From a virus (Duplodnaviria > Heunggongvirae > Uroviricota > Caudoviricetes): a stretch of 64,000 nt of DNA. Below are positions 27,809 to 36,808 of the stretch, one piece after another (position 1 is the stretch's first letter; each line of letters opens with the position of its first letter). Position numbers and translations under genes: made by a program. The notes beneath the pieces are model-generated. The model was not told the DNA's origin, searched no databases, and saw nothing but the letters and a program-made list of their open reading frames with translations. The DNA is taken from positions 68,002 to 132,001 of IMG/VR virus record IMGVR_UViG_3300008108_000037; one strand, given 5' to 3'.

Positions 27809-29251
27809 TTATGCTTTGCAATTAATCAGAAGGGTATTGTTGAATACCTCTTTAGTAGAGACTAACTCGTACTTCATACTGTTGAATCCCTCACTTTTAT
27901 AGTTTATACATTTCCTTTGCATTTCAGTTACGAACCTTTTTTCATTTCTTGCTGTTGTTTCCCCCTTTGCCCACTTATTATTTACTAGCCCTTCGTCAAT
28001 GTGTGGTAAACACTCGAAAGATCCTTCTCTCCTATAAGGAATTGGCATGTCGCTAACCTCTATGGAATCTTCAACGATTTCTAAATTATAAGCCTTAGCT
28101 TTAATTCCACTCATTACGTCTTCGATTTCTCCATTTTCTATCAAATCAAATTTAAAATGCAGAACTGGCTTATGTTTTAAATCGTGAAATTTAGTAACAT
28201 CTCCTGGAATTTTTACTGCCTTATCAAAAATCATTAATTCTGCAATTTCACCTCTAAAAAATAATGGATTTTCCTCGTCGCCGTTATATCCCATGATAGA
28301 TTTTTCTTTATCCCTATACTGAAATAAATCATTATTTATTATTGTAGATTTATTTTCTTTGATTCCTTTTTCGTTAGATCTTGCTAGTTCGTCATTTAGA
28401 AAAAAATTAAAGTGACCACTTGAAGAATCATAAGATGTTGTTACCCAGGACCAAACACCATCATCCCTCTTGATCCAATTATAGATCTGGGATGATGAAA
28501 AATCTGAAATCATGCTAGTAACAGCTCTGGAGTTGTTAAAAGATATGCAGTACGGACTATATGATTGCTTTCGGAAAACCGGAAATTCTATGAATTTTTT
28601 GTCATCCGTTCCTATTAGCCAATCTTTATATTTTTCAGGTTGTTGTTCTGCTTTAAATAGAGCACATACCGTATGATCTGATCCCAGTATTTTGTTTATG
28701 GATTTTATCCATGGGATTTCAACATATGAGTTGTTTCCATTAAATCTTGAAAATTTTCTTTTTTTATATTTTTTATAAATCCTTTTTTCAACATATCCTT
28801 CGAAATAACATCGATAAAAAAGGTCGTCATCTTCCATACCCCAATCCCAATAATCATTAGAATATCCGTTAGTTTTTATAACTTGATCCTTAGTAAATAG
28901 AATTACCCCACCGAAGTATTGTTCATAATTTAGTTTGAAATCGTACTTCGAAAGTTTTGTTGCTATATGAATTGGATATTTTTCCGGATATGAATAGTCA
29001 CAATCATCGGAGAATGGCACCATATCAACGTCATGCCATGCAATATAATCACATCCATCATCGAAGGCAAACTTGGCTGCTATGTTTTTCATTAGTCCCC
29101 TATTAAACAGCTTATTATCCACCTGATGGGCCACATAAAATTTATGATCTATTCCACGATTTTTTAGATACTCCCCCAGGTCTTCAGTTAGCTTCTGTAA
29201 GTGATCGAATCTATTTCTGTAAGGTATGCAAATTCCCAGTTTATGACTCAT
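27809..29251 (-). CDS. GT7-family (beta-1,4-galactosyltransferase-like) glycosyltransferase fused to C-terminal LamG-like domain
   Basis: FNRGLMKNIAA...DYIAWHDVDMVP...YFGGVILFTKDQVIKTNGYSNDYWDWGMEDDDLFYRC is the GT7 core (FNRG, DVD, WGWGxEDDD); C-terminal FFRGEIAELMIFDKAV LamG signature. Confidence 0.55.
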   Translation of the reverse strand: MSHKLGICIPYRNRFDHLQKLTEDLGEYLKNRGIDHKFYVAHQVDNKLFNRGLMKNIAAKFAFDDGCDYIAWHDVDMVPFSDDCDYSYPEKYPIHIATKLSKYDFKLNYEQYFGGVILFTKDQVIKTNGYSNDYWDWGMEDDDLFYRCYFEGYVEKRIYKKYKKRKFSRFNGNNSYVEIPWIKSINKILGSDHTVCALFKAEQQPEKYKDWLIGTDDKKFIEFPVFRKQSYSPYCISFNNSRAVTSMISDFSSSQIYNWIKRDDGVWSWVTTSYDSSSGHFNFFLNDELARSNEKGIKENKSTIINNDLFQYRDKEKSIMGYNGDEENPLFFRGEIAELMIFDKAVKIPGDVTKFHDLKHKPVLHFKFDLIENGEIEDVMSGIKAKAYNLEIVEDSIEVSDMPIPYRREGSFECLPHIDEGLVNNKWAKGETTARNEKRFVTEMQRKCINYKSEGFNSMKYELVSTKEVFNNTLLINCKA

Positions 29252-30654
29252 ATTCCTACGTTAATTTCTGTTATATTTCCCTCTCTTTTTCTTCCGTGAT
29301 CTGTGTACTTTAGATCCGATAATCCGTCTCCAAATAAAAGATTGCTGTTATTTCTTACCTCGTTATAGAATCTTAATTGATTCCATCTAGTTGCTTTATC
29401 CTTCCATCTATTTTCGAAGAAACCATTTTGCTCATGTTTCATGGATTTAAAGATAGAATCCCTTCTGATCGGAAGGTCTATTTTTTTAAACCAAGGACCT
29501 TCCATATCAACAATTTCACATTTGAAAATACTAGCATCGTTTCCGTTTCCTGAAAGATCTACTAACTTATAATTTTCTATGTGCTCTGCATCATAGTGAC
29601 AAAGAATGGATCCGGATTTTTTATATTCCGAAAAGTCGTTTGTTGCTGAAACAGATTTAACTTCATTTTCACTTAAAATTCCTTCTAAGACTACCAAAGA
29701 ATCTATGTACCCCTTGAAAAAATTAGGATCTCCATTTCTTTTAGGATTTCCTGCACCGATAAAGAAATACTTTTCGTCTGAATAATCCTTTAATTCTCCC
29801 TCCCAATTTGTTTTTCCTATATGTTCTCCGTCTTGATAGAAATTTATTTCTCTCAACGATTGATTTAATGTGATACAAATATTTGTTTGATAATTAGTAG
29901 TTATTTCTGTGTTTATGTATGATGCTTTTTCTTCGGAGTTGAATGTAACAAAATTGTATCTCTTGAATGAATTATAGGAAATTGCAGTGTCATACCCCGG
30001 AATGCTAAAAACCGTATAAACATCAAGATCCTTCGTTGAATCATAAACCAATTCATCGGGGAAAAAAGATGCAAATAATGTTAGATCCTTGTCTATGCAA
30101 AAATTATTTTTTGCTCTCACAAAAGAATCCTGTCCGTTAAATTTTAGTGATTTATGGAAATTTCTTGTTTTTTTGATGTAATAAGGCTCTGTGCCTATGC
30201 TCTTGTTTTTGCATCTTAGGAAAAGGTCATCATCTTCAAATCCCCATCCCCAATACTTATTTGAATATCCGTTTATCTTTTTGAAATCTTTAATCGGAAA
30301 CATAGTGACCCCGCCGAAGTATTCGTCGAATGGCTTTGATCTTTCCCCCGAGTCCTCGTCCTCTATTAGAGTTGCAAGATGAACTGGATGATCACAGTAA
30401 GAATAATCAACATCCAATGGCAGCAAATCAACATCATGAAAAACCACATAATCACATCTTAAGTTTCTGGCACACTTAAATCCTATATTTAATAGCATCC
30501 CTCGATTAAATTGCTTACCGTCGTCTTGATTTACGATGATAATTTCATGTGGTATTTTTTCCTCGTTTAGATATTTTACTATCTCCTTGAGAAAAAAATA
30601 AAGATGTTCCCCTCTGTGGCGGAAAGGAACTATGACTCCTAGTTTTTTATCCAT
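29248..30654 (-). CDS. GT7-family (beta4GalT-like) glycosyltransferase fused to C-terminal LamG-like domain
   Basis: FNRGMLLNIGF...DYVVFHDVDLLP...YFGGVTMFPIKDFKKINGYSNKYWGWGFEDDDLFLRC; C-terminal FFKGYIDSLVVLEGILSENEV LamG signature; paralog of 27809-29251. Confidence 0.55.
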   Translation of the reverse strand: MDKKLGVIVPFRHRGEHLYFFLKEIVKYLNEEKIPHEIIIVNQDDGKQFNRGMLLNIGFKCARNLRCDYVVFHDVDLLPLDVDYSYCDHPVHLATLIEDEDSGERSKPFDEYFGGVTMFPIKDFKKINGYSNKYWGWGFEDDDLFLRCKNKSIGTEPYYIKKTRNFHKSLKFNGQDSFVRAKNNFCIDKDLTLFASFFPDELVYDSTKDLDVYTVFSIPGYDTAISYNSFKRYNFVTFNSEEKASYINTEITTNYQTNICITLNQSLREINFYQDGEHIGKTNWEGELKDYSDEKYFFIGAGNPKRNGDPNFFKGYIDSLVVLEGILSENEVKSVSATNDFSEYKKSGSILCHYDAEHIENYKLVDLSGNGNDASIFKCEIVDMEGPWFKKIDLPIRRDSIFKSMKHEQNGFFENRWKDKATRWNQLRFYNEVRNNSNLLFGDGLSDLKYTDHGRKREGNITEINVGI

Positions 30655-30856
30655 CTATTGTAGGGTCCTTTGGTTTTATCGATTTATGAAATTCCGTCAG
30701 ATAGTACTGAATCCTGTTGCTCCAATCATCCTTATCAATATCTTCTATCCAAGCTGAAATGTCATCGAGGGAATCTGAGATTCTTTCGAGTGCTTTTACT
30801 TTTCTAAGTTCCAATTCTAAAAATTGATCCTCGTTTGATTTTTTAGCTGTTGCCAT
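30647..30856 (-). CDS. small hypothetical protein
   Basis: 69-aa acidic ORF in the array; no motif. Confidence 0.2.
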   Translation of the reverse strand: MATAKKSNEDQFLELELRKVKALERISDSLDDISAWIEDIDKDDWSNRIQYYLTEFHKSIKPKDPTIDG

Positions 30857-30857
30857 A

Positions 30858-31706
30858 TTAGATTGATATTATTTTTTTAATTAAAGAGCTCCATTCTTTA
30901 TAATCTTCAAAATAGACGCATCCATATTCAAACATAAAATCAGAATTACTGAGGTCTATCCTAGATTTATTTCTCTTTATAGCATCATACATCACTTTAT
31001 ATTCGTCAGAATATGAATAATCCTGATTAATATCTGCGACATTTTTGATCCTTTCTAAGCATGTTGAATCCCATTTAAAATGGTGGACCTGGACGGAATA
31101 TTTTTCTACTGGTGCAATTAGTGGATGGCTCCATCCTTGCCACCTCCAGGTAGTCTGCCCATTTATTTTTGCATAATGCTGCCCAGAAGTTATTTCAATT
31201 CCTCCTTTAACCAAGCAGATTTTGTTAGGGCATGCGTTACTCATGGGGTATCTGAAAAATCCGGCTATGGGAAACTGGTCAAAGATTGGTACATCTTCAA
31301 GTATCTTACAGAACTCCCCGTTGTTTCCTATCCTGTCTAGAAATCCTCCCCTAATTAATTCCCACCCCTGACTTTCACAATCACTAACCATATAATTAGG
31401 TGACTCAGGATAAACGTGAAATTCGTCTATATCAGCAATCATGTACCAGTTGCTTCTTGATTTTTTTATTTGTTCATTATATAGATCAGTAACCCTGTTC
31501 CAATCAAAGATCCTATCATAAACAGTTTTAACTATTTTTACTTTTTCCTTACCTCGGATAGATCTTCTTACCTCTCTCTTTAAATCTGGATGCAGATCAG
31601 ATTCATAGACCACAAAATTTATTTCATCTACCATGTTATAATAATGATTGATGAAGTGTGGTATTAGAGGAACCCCATGACCTATTATAGATATTAATTT
31701 TATCAA
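30858..31706 (-). CDS. hypothetical protein, possible glycosyltransferase (DxD)
   Basis: WYMIADIDEF DxD-like block; otherwise unassigned. Confidence 0.25.
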   Translation of the reverse strand: MIKLISIIGHGVPLIPHFINHYYNMVDEINFVVYESDLHPDLKREVRRSIRGKEKVKIVKTVYDRIFDWNRVTDLYNEQIKKSRSNWYMIADIDEFHVYPESPNYMVSDCESQGWELIRGGFLDRIGNNGEFCKILEDVPIFDQFPIAGFFRYPMSNACPNKICLVKGGIEITSGQHYAKINGQTTWRWQGWSHPLIAPVEKYSVQVHHFKWDSTCLERIKNVADINQDYSYSDEYKVMYDAIKRNKSRIDLSNSDFMFEYGCVYFEDYKEWSSLIKKIISI

Positions 31707-32431
31707 ATCTCTTTTCTTTTAAATAGGGTTATTCCTGATGACGAAGGTTTATCTTTTAATGATCCGTAATTAAATAGACTGAATTTTTCCCATTCAGAGT
31801 CGTCAAAATCTTTTACAAATTGGGATGGACCAGAGAAATCGTGGAAATCTTTTTTCTGATCTTCAGATACTATGAAGCTGGAAGAAAATTTAGGATCTGT
31901 GTCATGGATTGCTATGATGCCCTGATCGTTCAAAATGTTTTTGTATAACTTAAAATCCTTGTCTACTCCTTCATATGAATGATCTCCATCTATAAAAAGA
32001 AAGTCTATTTTAATATCTTGTAAAACGAAAAAATCATAATATGCTCTTTCTGAAGTTTCTTTAACAAATCTTGGATGGAATGTTTTTCTGTAAAAACTTT
32101 CTTCATCACACATATTAGATTGTCCCCCTACACCATTACACGGATCTACCACATAAGTTGCTCCGATATTCCCCCAATTATAATCGGGATTTCCCGAGAA
32201 AGTTCCTATTGAATGCAGATCTATTCGGGCTTGTGTTAGAATTCGCGGAATATATCCGCCTCCACTTCCTATGCAAACACAATTTTTAAATCTGAAAAAT
32301 TGCACTAGAGAATAGATCAGAAGTCCATCCCCCATATCCAGATCAGTCGCTCCGTGGGAGTATCTGAACGGGACAGGATTGTCCAAATCGTTGGTTATTC
32401 TTTGTTTTATGTAATCAGTATTCAGAATCAT
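31703..32431 (-). CDS. class I SAM-dependent methyltransferase (TylF/CmcI, Methyltransf_24-like)
   Basis: CVCIGSGGGY and FLFIDGDHSYEGVDKDFKLY...GIIAIHD match the macrocin-O-MTase-type family; first gene of the minus-strand array. Confidence 0.5.
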   Translation of the reverse strand: MILNTDYIKQRITNDLDNPVPFRYSHGATDLDMGDGLLIYSLVQFFRFKNCVCIGSGGGYIPRILTQARIDLHSIGTFSGNPDYNWGNIGATYVVDPCNGVGGQSNMCDEESFYRKTFHPRFVKETSERAYYDFFVLQDIKIDFLFIDGDHSYEGVDKDFKLYKNILNDQGIIAIHDTDPKFSSSFIVSEDQKKDFHDFSGPSQFVKDFDDSEWEKFSLFNYGSLKDKPSSSGITLFKRKEI

Positions 32432-32439
32432 CCTTACAT

Positions 32440-32539
32440 TTTACCCTATTTTCTATGAAAATTTCATGCAAAGATTGTCTATGAAATAGACAAGGTTGCA
32501 TTTTATTTAACCGGGGATTATTTTTACATTTACGACATC
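32440..32539. promoter_or_regulatory. divergent intergenic region with two palindromes: ATGAAAATTTCAT (32456-32468) and GTCTATGAAATAGAC (32477-32491)
   Basis: Seen directly in sequence, between minus-strand array start (32431) and plus-strand gene start (32540). Confidence 0.35.
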
Positions 32540-33328
32540 ATGGAAAAGAAGCAAAAAATATTGACTATAGGGGACATTCACGGGAGGGATTACTGGAAAT
32601 TCATTACCCATGGTAGTAGTTACGAATTTGAGCAGTGGGTAACCATGGTGAATGCTGGGGCTAATCCCATGGACGATTTGTTTAAAGAGGATTATCCTTA
32701 TTTTTCCGCAGACAAGATAGTTTTTGTTGGTGATTACGTTGACAGTTTCACAATTAGTAATGTTGAGATCAAGAAAAATCTTGAGGATATCATTTTCTTT
32801 AAAAAGACACTACCAAATAAGGTAGTGCTTCTCTGGGGAAATCACGATGTTCAGTATTTTATTCCCAATCAAATCTGTAGCGGATATCGTCCAGAGGCAA
32901 GATGGGATCTACAGATTCTTTTTGAGAGCAATAAAGATCTTTTCCAGATGGCATATCACGAGGGTGATTATCTTTGGACTCATGCTGGTTTATTAAAGCC
33001 AGTATTAAGTGATCTTTTAAAACATCATCCAGATCTAAAGGAACTTGGTAATGAGGCAGATATTTTAAACGAGGCATTTAAAATGGAACTCCCCCAAATT
33101 TTTCAGGTGGACGGTGCCAGTGGGGGATGGAGCATGTACGGGGGACCGCTCTGGGTTAGGCCAAATCAGCTTCAAGAATATGGAGTAGACCTGCATCAGA
33201 TAGTAGGACACACCCCGGTTTCAGAATTGAAGAATTTAAAAAATAAAAGAGACTATAACATCTGGCTCACAGATTATTTAGAATATAGCTTGGGCGAAGG
33301 ACTTGATCCCTTAACTTTAGAAATATGA
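32540..33328 (+). CDS. calcineurin-like metallophosphoesterase (Ser/Thr phosphatase / ApaH-like)
   Basis: LTIGDIHGR, FVGDYVDS, LLWGNHDV = GDxHG / GDxxDRG / GNHE-type phosphoesterase motifs. Confidence 0.6.
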   Translation: MEKKQKILTIGDIHGRDYWKFITHGSSYEFEQWVTMVNAGANPMDDLFKEDYPYFSADKIVFVGDYVDSFTISNVEIKKNLEDIIFFKKTLPNKVVLLWGNHDVQYFIPNQICSGYRPEARWDLQILFESNKDLFQMAYHEGDYLWTHAGLLKPVLSDLLKHHPDLKELGNEADILNEAFKMELPQIFQVDGASGGWSMYGGPLWVRPNQLQEYGVDLHQIVGHTPVSELKNLKNKRDYNIWLTDYLEYSLGEGLDPLTLEI

Positions 33329-33609
33329 TATCGAAAAAAACGAAAGAAAGGGCAAAACAAATTATGAATGGAACATATGTACCTCCAGAGCCAGAAAAGA
33401 TAGCGGTTACTTTTGAGGTCACTGAAAAACAATATAAAAAATACAAAAGGTGGAGAAATGCTAAGAAGAAAAAAGAAGGGGAGCTTTACGTCGGAGCAAT
33501 CGGAGGAGCATACACTTTTTGTTTTACTGCAACAGGAATAGGTGAAATAGTAACTGTGAAAGCAGCAGACGGAGATGAGTTAGATTTAACAGATTATAAT
33601 ACTTGGTAA
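33325..33609 (+). CDS. hypothetical protein
   Basis: 94-aa ORF with 4-nt overlap to upstream gene. Confidence 0.3.
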   Translation: MISKKTKERAKQIMNGTYVPPEPEKIAVTFEVTEKQYKKYKRWRNAKKKKEGELYVGAIGGAYTFCFTATGIGEIVTVKAADGDELDLTDYNTW

Positions 33610-33610
33610 T

Positions 33611-34216
33611 ATGAAAGTGATATTTTTAGACAATGACGGAGTAATTTGCCTTTCCAATAATTGGGGATCACGACACAAGAAGCAAAAAAAATGGGGTGGT
33701 AGGAAACTATCTATGACTACTCGTGAAATGCCCCTTGAATATAGATTTGATAATTTTGATAAAAAAGCAATTAAAATCTTAAATGAAATTCTAGAACAAA
33801 CTGGAGCTGAAATTGTAGTGAGCTCCGATTGGAGATTGTATGCGGATTTAGAGGAGTTGGGGAAATACTACACATCCCAGGGTATTATCAAAAATCCTAT
33901 AGGAGTAACTGAAATATTTCACCATAAAAATTGGGTAGAAGAAGGTAGAATACCCCCAGATTTTGATTGGTACAGAATCGAAGATAGGGAGCAAGAAAGG
34001 CACTTCGAAATTCTGGAATGGCTAAAGAAGAATCCGGAGGTTACTCAATGGGTAGCTGTGGATGATTTACACATGGGGATTCACGTCGAAGCAAGTTCTT
34101 ATGGAGCATTCGATAGAGATTGGGGATTGAAAAATTTTGTATGGACTCCCAGAGCCTGGGAAGGAATTAAACAGTCAGGAATCAAAAAAAAGATTTTAAA
34201 ATTTTTAAACAACTAA
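33611..34216 (+). CDS. HAD-like hydrolase
   Basis: VIFLDNDGVIC = DxDG(T/V) HAD motif I. Confidence 0.4.
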   Translation: MKVIFLDNDGVICLSNNWGSRHKKQKKWGGRKLSMTTREMPLEYRFDNFDKKAIKILNEILEQTGAEIVVSSDWRLYADLEELGKYYTSQGIIKNPIGVTEIFHHKNWVEEGRIPPDFDWYRIEDREQERHFEILEWLKKNPEVTQWVAVDDLHMGIHVEASSYGAFDRDWGLKNFVWTPRAWEGIKQSGIKKKILKFLNN

Positions 34217-34219
34217 AAA

Positions 34220-34429
34220 ATGGAATACGTAATCGCAATTGGAATAAGCTTCGGACTTGCTGCTATCATAGCATTTTTCTGGGTAAGAGGAATTGATAAT
34301 ATGCAGAAGAATTATCCAGACTATAAAGGGGAAGACTTCCTAAATTGGAACGAGAAGGAAATAGACGATGAATTTAGCAGACAATCCAAACAAAATAACA
34401 AAAAACAAAATCATGAAGGAGATCTTTAG
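34220..34429 (+). CDS. small membrane protein
   Basis: N-terminal hydrophobic helix IAIGISFGLAAIIAFFWV. Confidence 0.25.
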   Translation: MEYVIAIGISFGLAAIIAFFWVRGIDNMQKNYPDYKGEDFLNWNEKEIDDEFSRQSKQNNKKQNHEGDL

Positions 34430-34760
34430 AAAAGCATTTAGTGTTAAATCATTAGAACCTTTTGTTGTGGGTATTAGTGTAATTCTATTATTAGAATTTG
34501 CAATTTTTCCCGCTCTTACAATTGCCAACACTTTTTTGAATCTATTAGGAGGAGGATTAGGTGTGGGACTTGTGATATTTCTTTACGAATATGTAAAGAA
34601 AAAAATTCATAATGTTATACCTGATGAACTGCCAGAAGGGGAAACTGAATTGGATTATGTCAACCCAGAGGAACTAAAGCCTAAGGGAAAAAGAAATCCT
34701 AAGCAGTTTCCCGAGGTAAAAAGCGAAGGACCTTTTATAAAAACTAGAAAAAATAAATAA
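34413..34760 (+). CDS. membrane protein (start taken at internal Met MKEIF)
   Basis: Two predicted TM helices (FVVGISVILLLEFAIFPAL; LLGGGLGVGLVIFLY); ORF-track start 34368 would overlap upstream ORF by 62 nt. Confidence 0.25.
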   Translation: MKEIFRKAFSVKSLEPFVVGISVILLLEFAIFPALTIANTFLNLLGGGLGVGLVIFLYEYVKKKIHNVIPDELPEGETELDYVNPEELKPKGKRNPKQFPEVKSEGPFIKTRKNK

Positions 34761-34761
34761 T

Positions 34762-35673
34762 ATGGGACTTTATGATAACGATTATCAGGCTCTAAGACAA
34801 AAAGAGCGTGAAGAAGAAAAATTAAAACAACAATTAAAAATTAAAAAAATGATTAAAACAATCGGAGTTGCAGTTGCAGGATTTTTTCTGCTAGTATTTT
34901 TATTCATGTCTTGCGAAAGAATTGATGCTGGACATGTTGGGGTGAAAGTTAATCTTTACGGAGACAATAAAGGGGTAGATGATGTTGTGGAAGTTACTGG
35001 GATGGTTTTTTATAATCCATTAACCCACAACATTTACGAATTTCCTACATACGTCCAGCACAAAGAATACGTTGGGGATAATTCATTTATAGTTAACTCT
35101 AAAGATGGTTCAGAATTTCACGTGAGCCCGATTATTAACTATTCAGTTAAAAGAGAGATGGTACCAAAGATTTTTTCTAAGTATAGAAGAAATCTAGAAA
35201 GTATCGAAGAAGGATTTTTGAAGACCGCAGTATTTGATGCCTTTAGATTAGCAACAAACGTATACACTGCAGATGAGTTAATAGGCAACAGACAGAAATT
35301 TGAAGTAGAGGTCAGAAGAATTCTCGAAGATCAACTAAATAAAGAGGGATTCTACATTCAGCAATTTACGTCAAACCTAGTTTATCCTGAAACATTCAAG
35401 AAAGCTATCGAGGCAAAGAACAATGCTGTTCAATCAGCTTTAATGGCAGAAAATAAAGTTAAACAAGCTGAAGCAGAGGCTAAAATCAAAGTAGCTACTG
35501 CGGACGGTAACGCTCAAGCGATGTTAACATCAGCTAAAGCTGAAGCTGAAGCCAATAGACTGAAGCAGCAAACAATCACCCCGATGTTATTACAATTGGA
35601 ATGGATTAATAAGTGGGACGGAAAGCTACCAGTATATGGACAAGCACCTATGCTTTATAAACCAGTACAATAA
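34762..35673 (+). CDS. SPFH/Band-7 (prohibitin/HflKC-like) domain membrane protein
   Basis: N-terminal TM helix then ERIDAGHVGVKVNLYGD...core, and C-terminal coiled-coil ALMAENKVKQAEAEAKIKVATADG typical of SPFH proteins. Confidence 0.6.
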   Translation: MGLYDNDYQALRQKEREEEKLKQQLKIKKMIKTIGVAVAGFFLLVFLFMSCERIDAGHVGVKVNLYGDNKGVDDVVEVTGMVFYNPLTHNIYEFPTYVQHKEYVGDNSFIVNSKDGSEFHVSPIINYSVKREMVPKIFSKYRRNLESIEEGFLKTAVFDAFRLATNVYTADELIGNRQKFEVEVRRILEDQLNKEGFYIQQFTSNLVYPETFKKAIEAKNNAVQSALMAENKVKQAEAEAKIKVATADGNAQAMLTSAKAEAEANRLKQQTITPMLLQLEWINKWDGKLPVYGQAPMLYKPVQ

Positions 35674-35687
35674 ACTAAAATAAAAAA

Positions 35688-36758
35688 ATGAGTATCGCCT
35701 TAACTTATGATGACATCCAATTAGTTCCTGCTTACTCTGAAGTTGTTTCCAGGAGTACAATCAATCTTAACACTTTGGTGACACGAAGATACGGATTAAT
35801 TAGACCCCTGGTGGCTTCTCCGATGGATACGGTGTGTGAACTTGACATGGCCTATAGAATTTTTCTATTCGGAGGAGTTGGATGTATCCATCGTTTCATG
35901 CCTATTGAAAATCAATCCCGGATGATTGAGATGCTAAGATATAAAATATATGGAGACGGATTTGGTGGTCCTTTCGAGGATTGGGGAATCATGTATGACG
36001 ATTGGCATTCTGAGATCAAGCAGATACCTATTATGGCAGCTGTTGGAGCTAATGGCGATTATTTGGATAGAGCAAAAAGTCTAATAAAGAATGGAGCAAA
36101 TATCATCCTCATAGACGTAGCTCATGGACATCATAAAAATGTCAAAGATGCAATCGAATCTATAAAATCTATTAGTCCCGAAATTGATGTGATAGCAGGA
36201 AATATTGCAACACCAGAAGCTGCTCAAGATTTAGAATCGTGGGGAGCGGACGGATTAAGAGTTGGTATTGGAGGTGGATCCCTTTGTACAACTAGAGTTA
36301 AAACTGGATTTGGTATTCCTAACGTAACTTGTATAGAAGAGATATCAAAAATTGCCACAGTTCCTGTTATGGCAGATGGAGGTATTCGAACTAGTGGAGA
36401 TATTGCTAAGGCTTTAGCACTTGGGGCAAGCAGTGTGATGCTAGGATCATTGCTTGCAGGGACAGAAGAATCCCCTGGACAGATAGTTGAAAAATCAACG
36501 GGTCTATATAAAAGATACAGGGGTGCAGCATCATTAGAAACCAAAACGGTTCACGGACAAGCACAGAGAAATGTAGAGGGGGAATCTACAATTATTCCAT
36601 ATAAAGGAGGAGCTAAATTTGTTTTAGAGGGATTACTTGACGGGGTTAAATCTGCTCTTTCATATGCAGGTGCGGTTTGTTTGAAAACATATCACCCAAA
36701 ATATGTTCAAATTACCAACGCTGGTATGAACGAAGCAAAGCCGCATCTGATAAATTAA
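35688..36758 (+). CDS. guaC: GMP reductase (IMPDH/GMPR family, no CBS insert)
   Basis: LTYDDIQLVPAYS N-terminus, catalytic loop GIGGGSLCTTRVKTG, MADGGIRTSGDIAKALALGASSVMLGSLLAG; 356 aa without CBS pair fits GuaC. Confidence 0.65.
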   Translation: MSIALTYDDIQLVPAYSEVVSRSTINLNTLVTRRYGLIRPLVASPMDTVCELDMAYRIFLFGGVGCIHRFMPIENQSRMIEMLRYKIYGDGFGGPFEDWGIMYDDWHSEIKQIPIMAAVGANGDYLDRAKSLIKNGANIILIDVAHGHHKNVKDAIESIKSISPEIDVIAGNIATPEAAQDLESWGADGLRVGIGGGSLCTTRVKTGFGIPNVTCIEEISKIATVPVMADGGIRTSGDIAKALALGASSVMLGSLLAGTEESPGQIVEKSTGLYKRYRGAASLETKTVHGQAQRNVEGESTIIPYKGGAKFVLEGLLDGVKSALSYAGAVCLKTYHPKYVQITNAGMNEAKPHLIN

Positions 36759-36808
36759 TTCGGTTCGCACGAAACAAACTTCTTAAAAGATATATAAATT
36801 TCATCATT

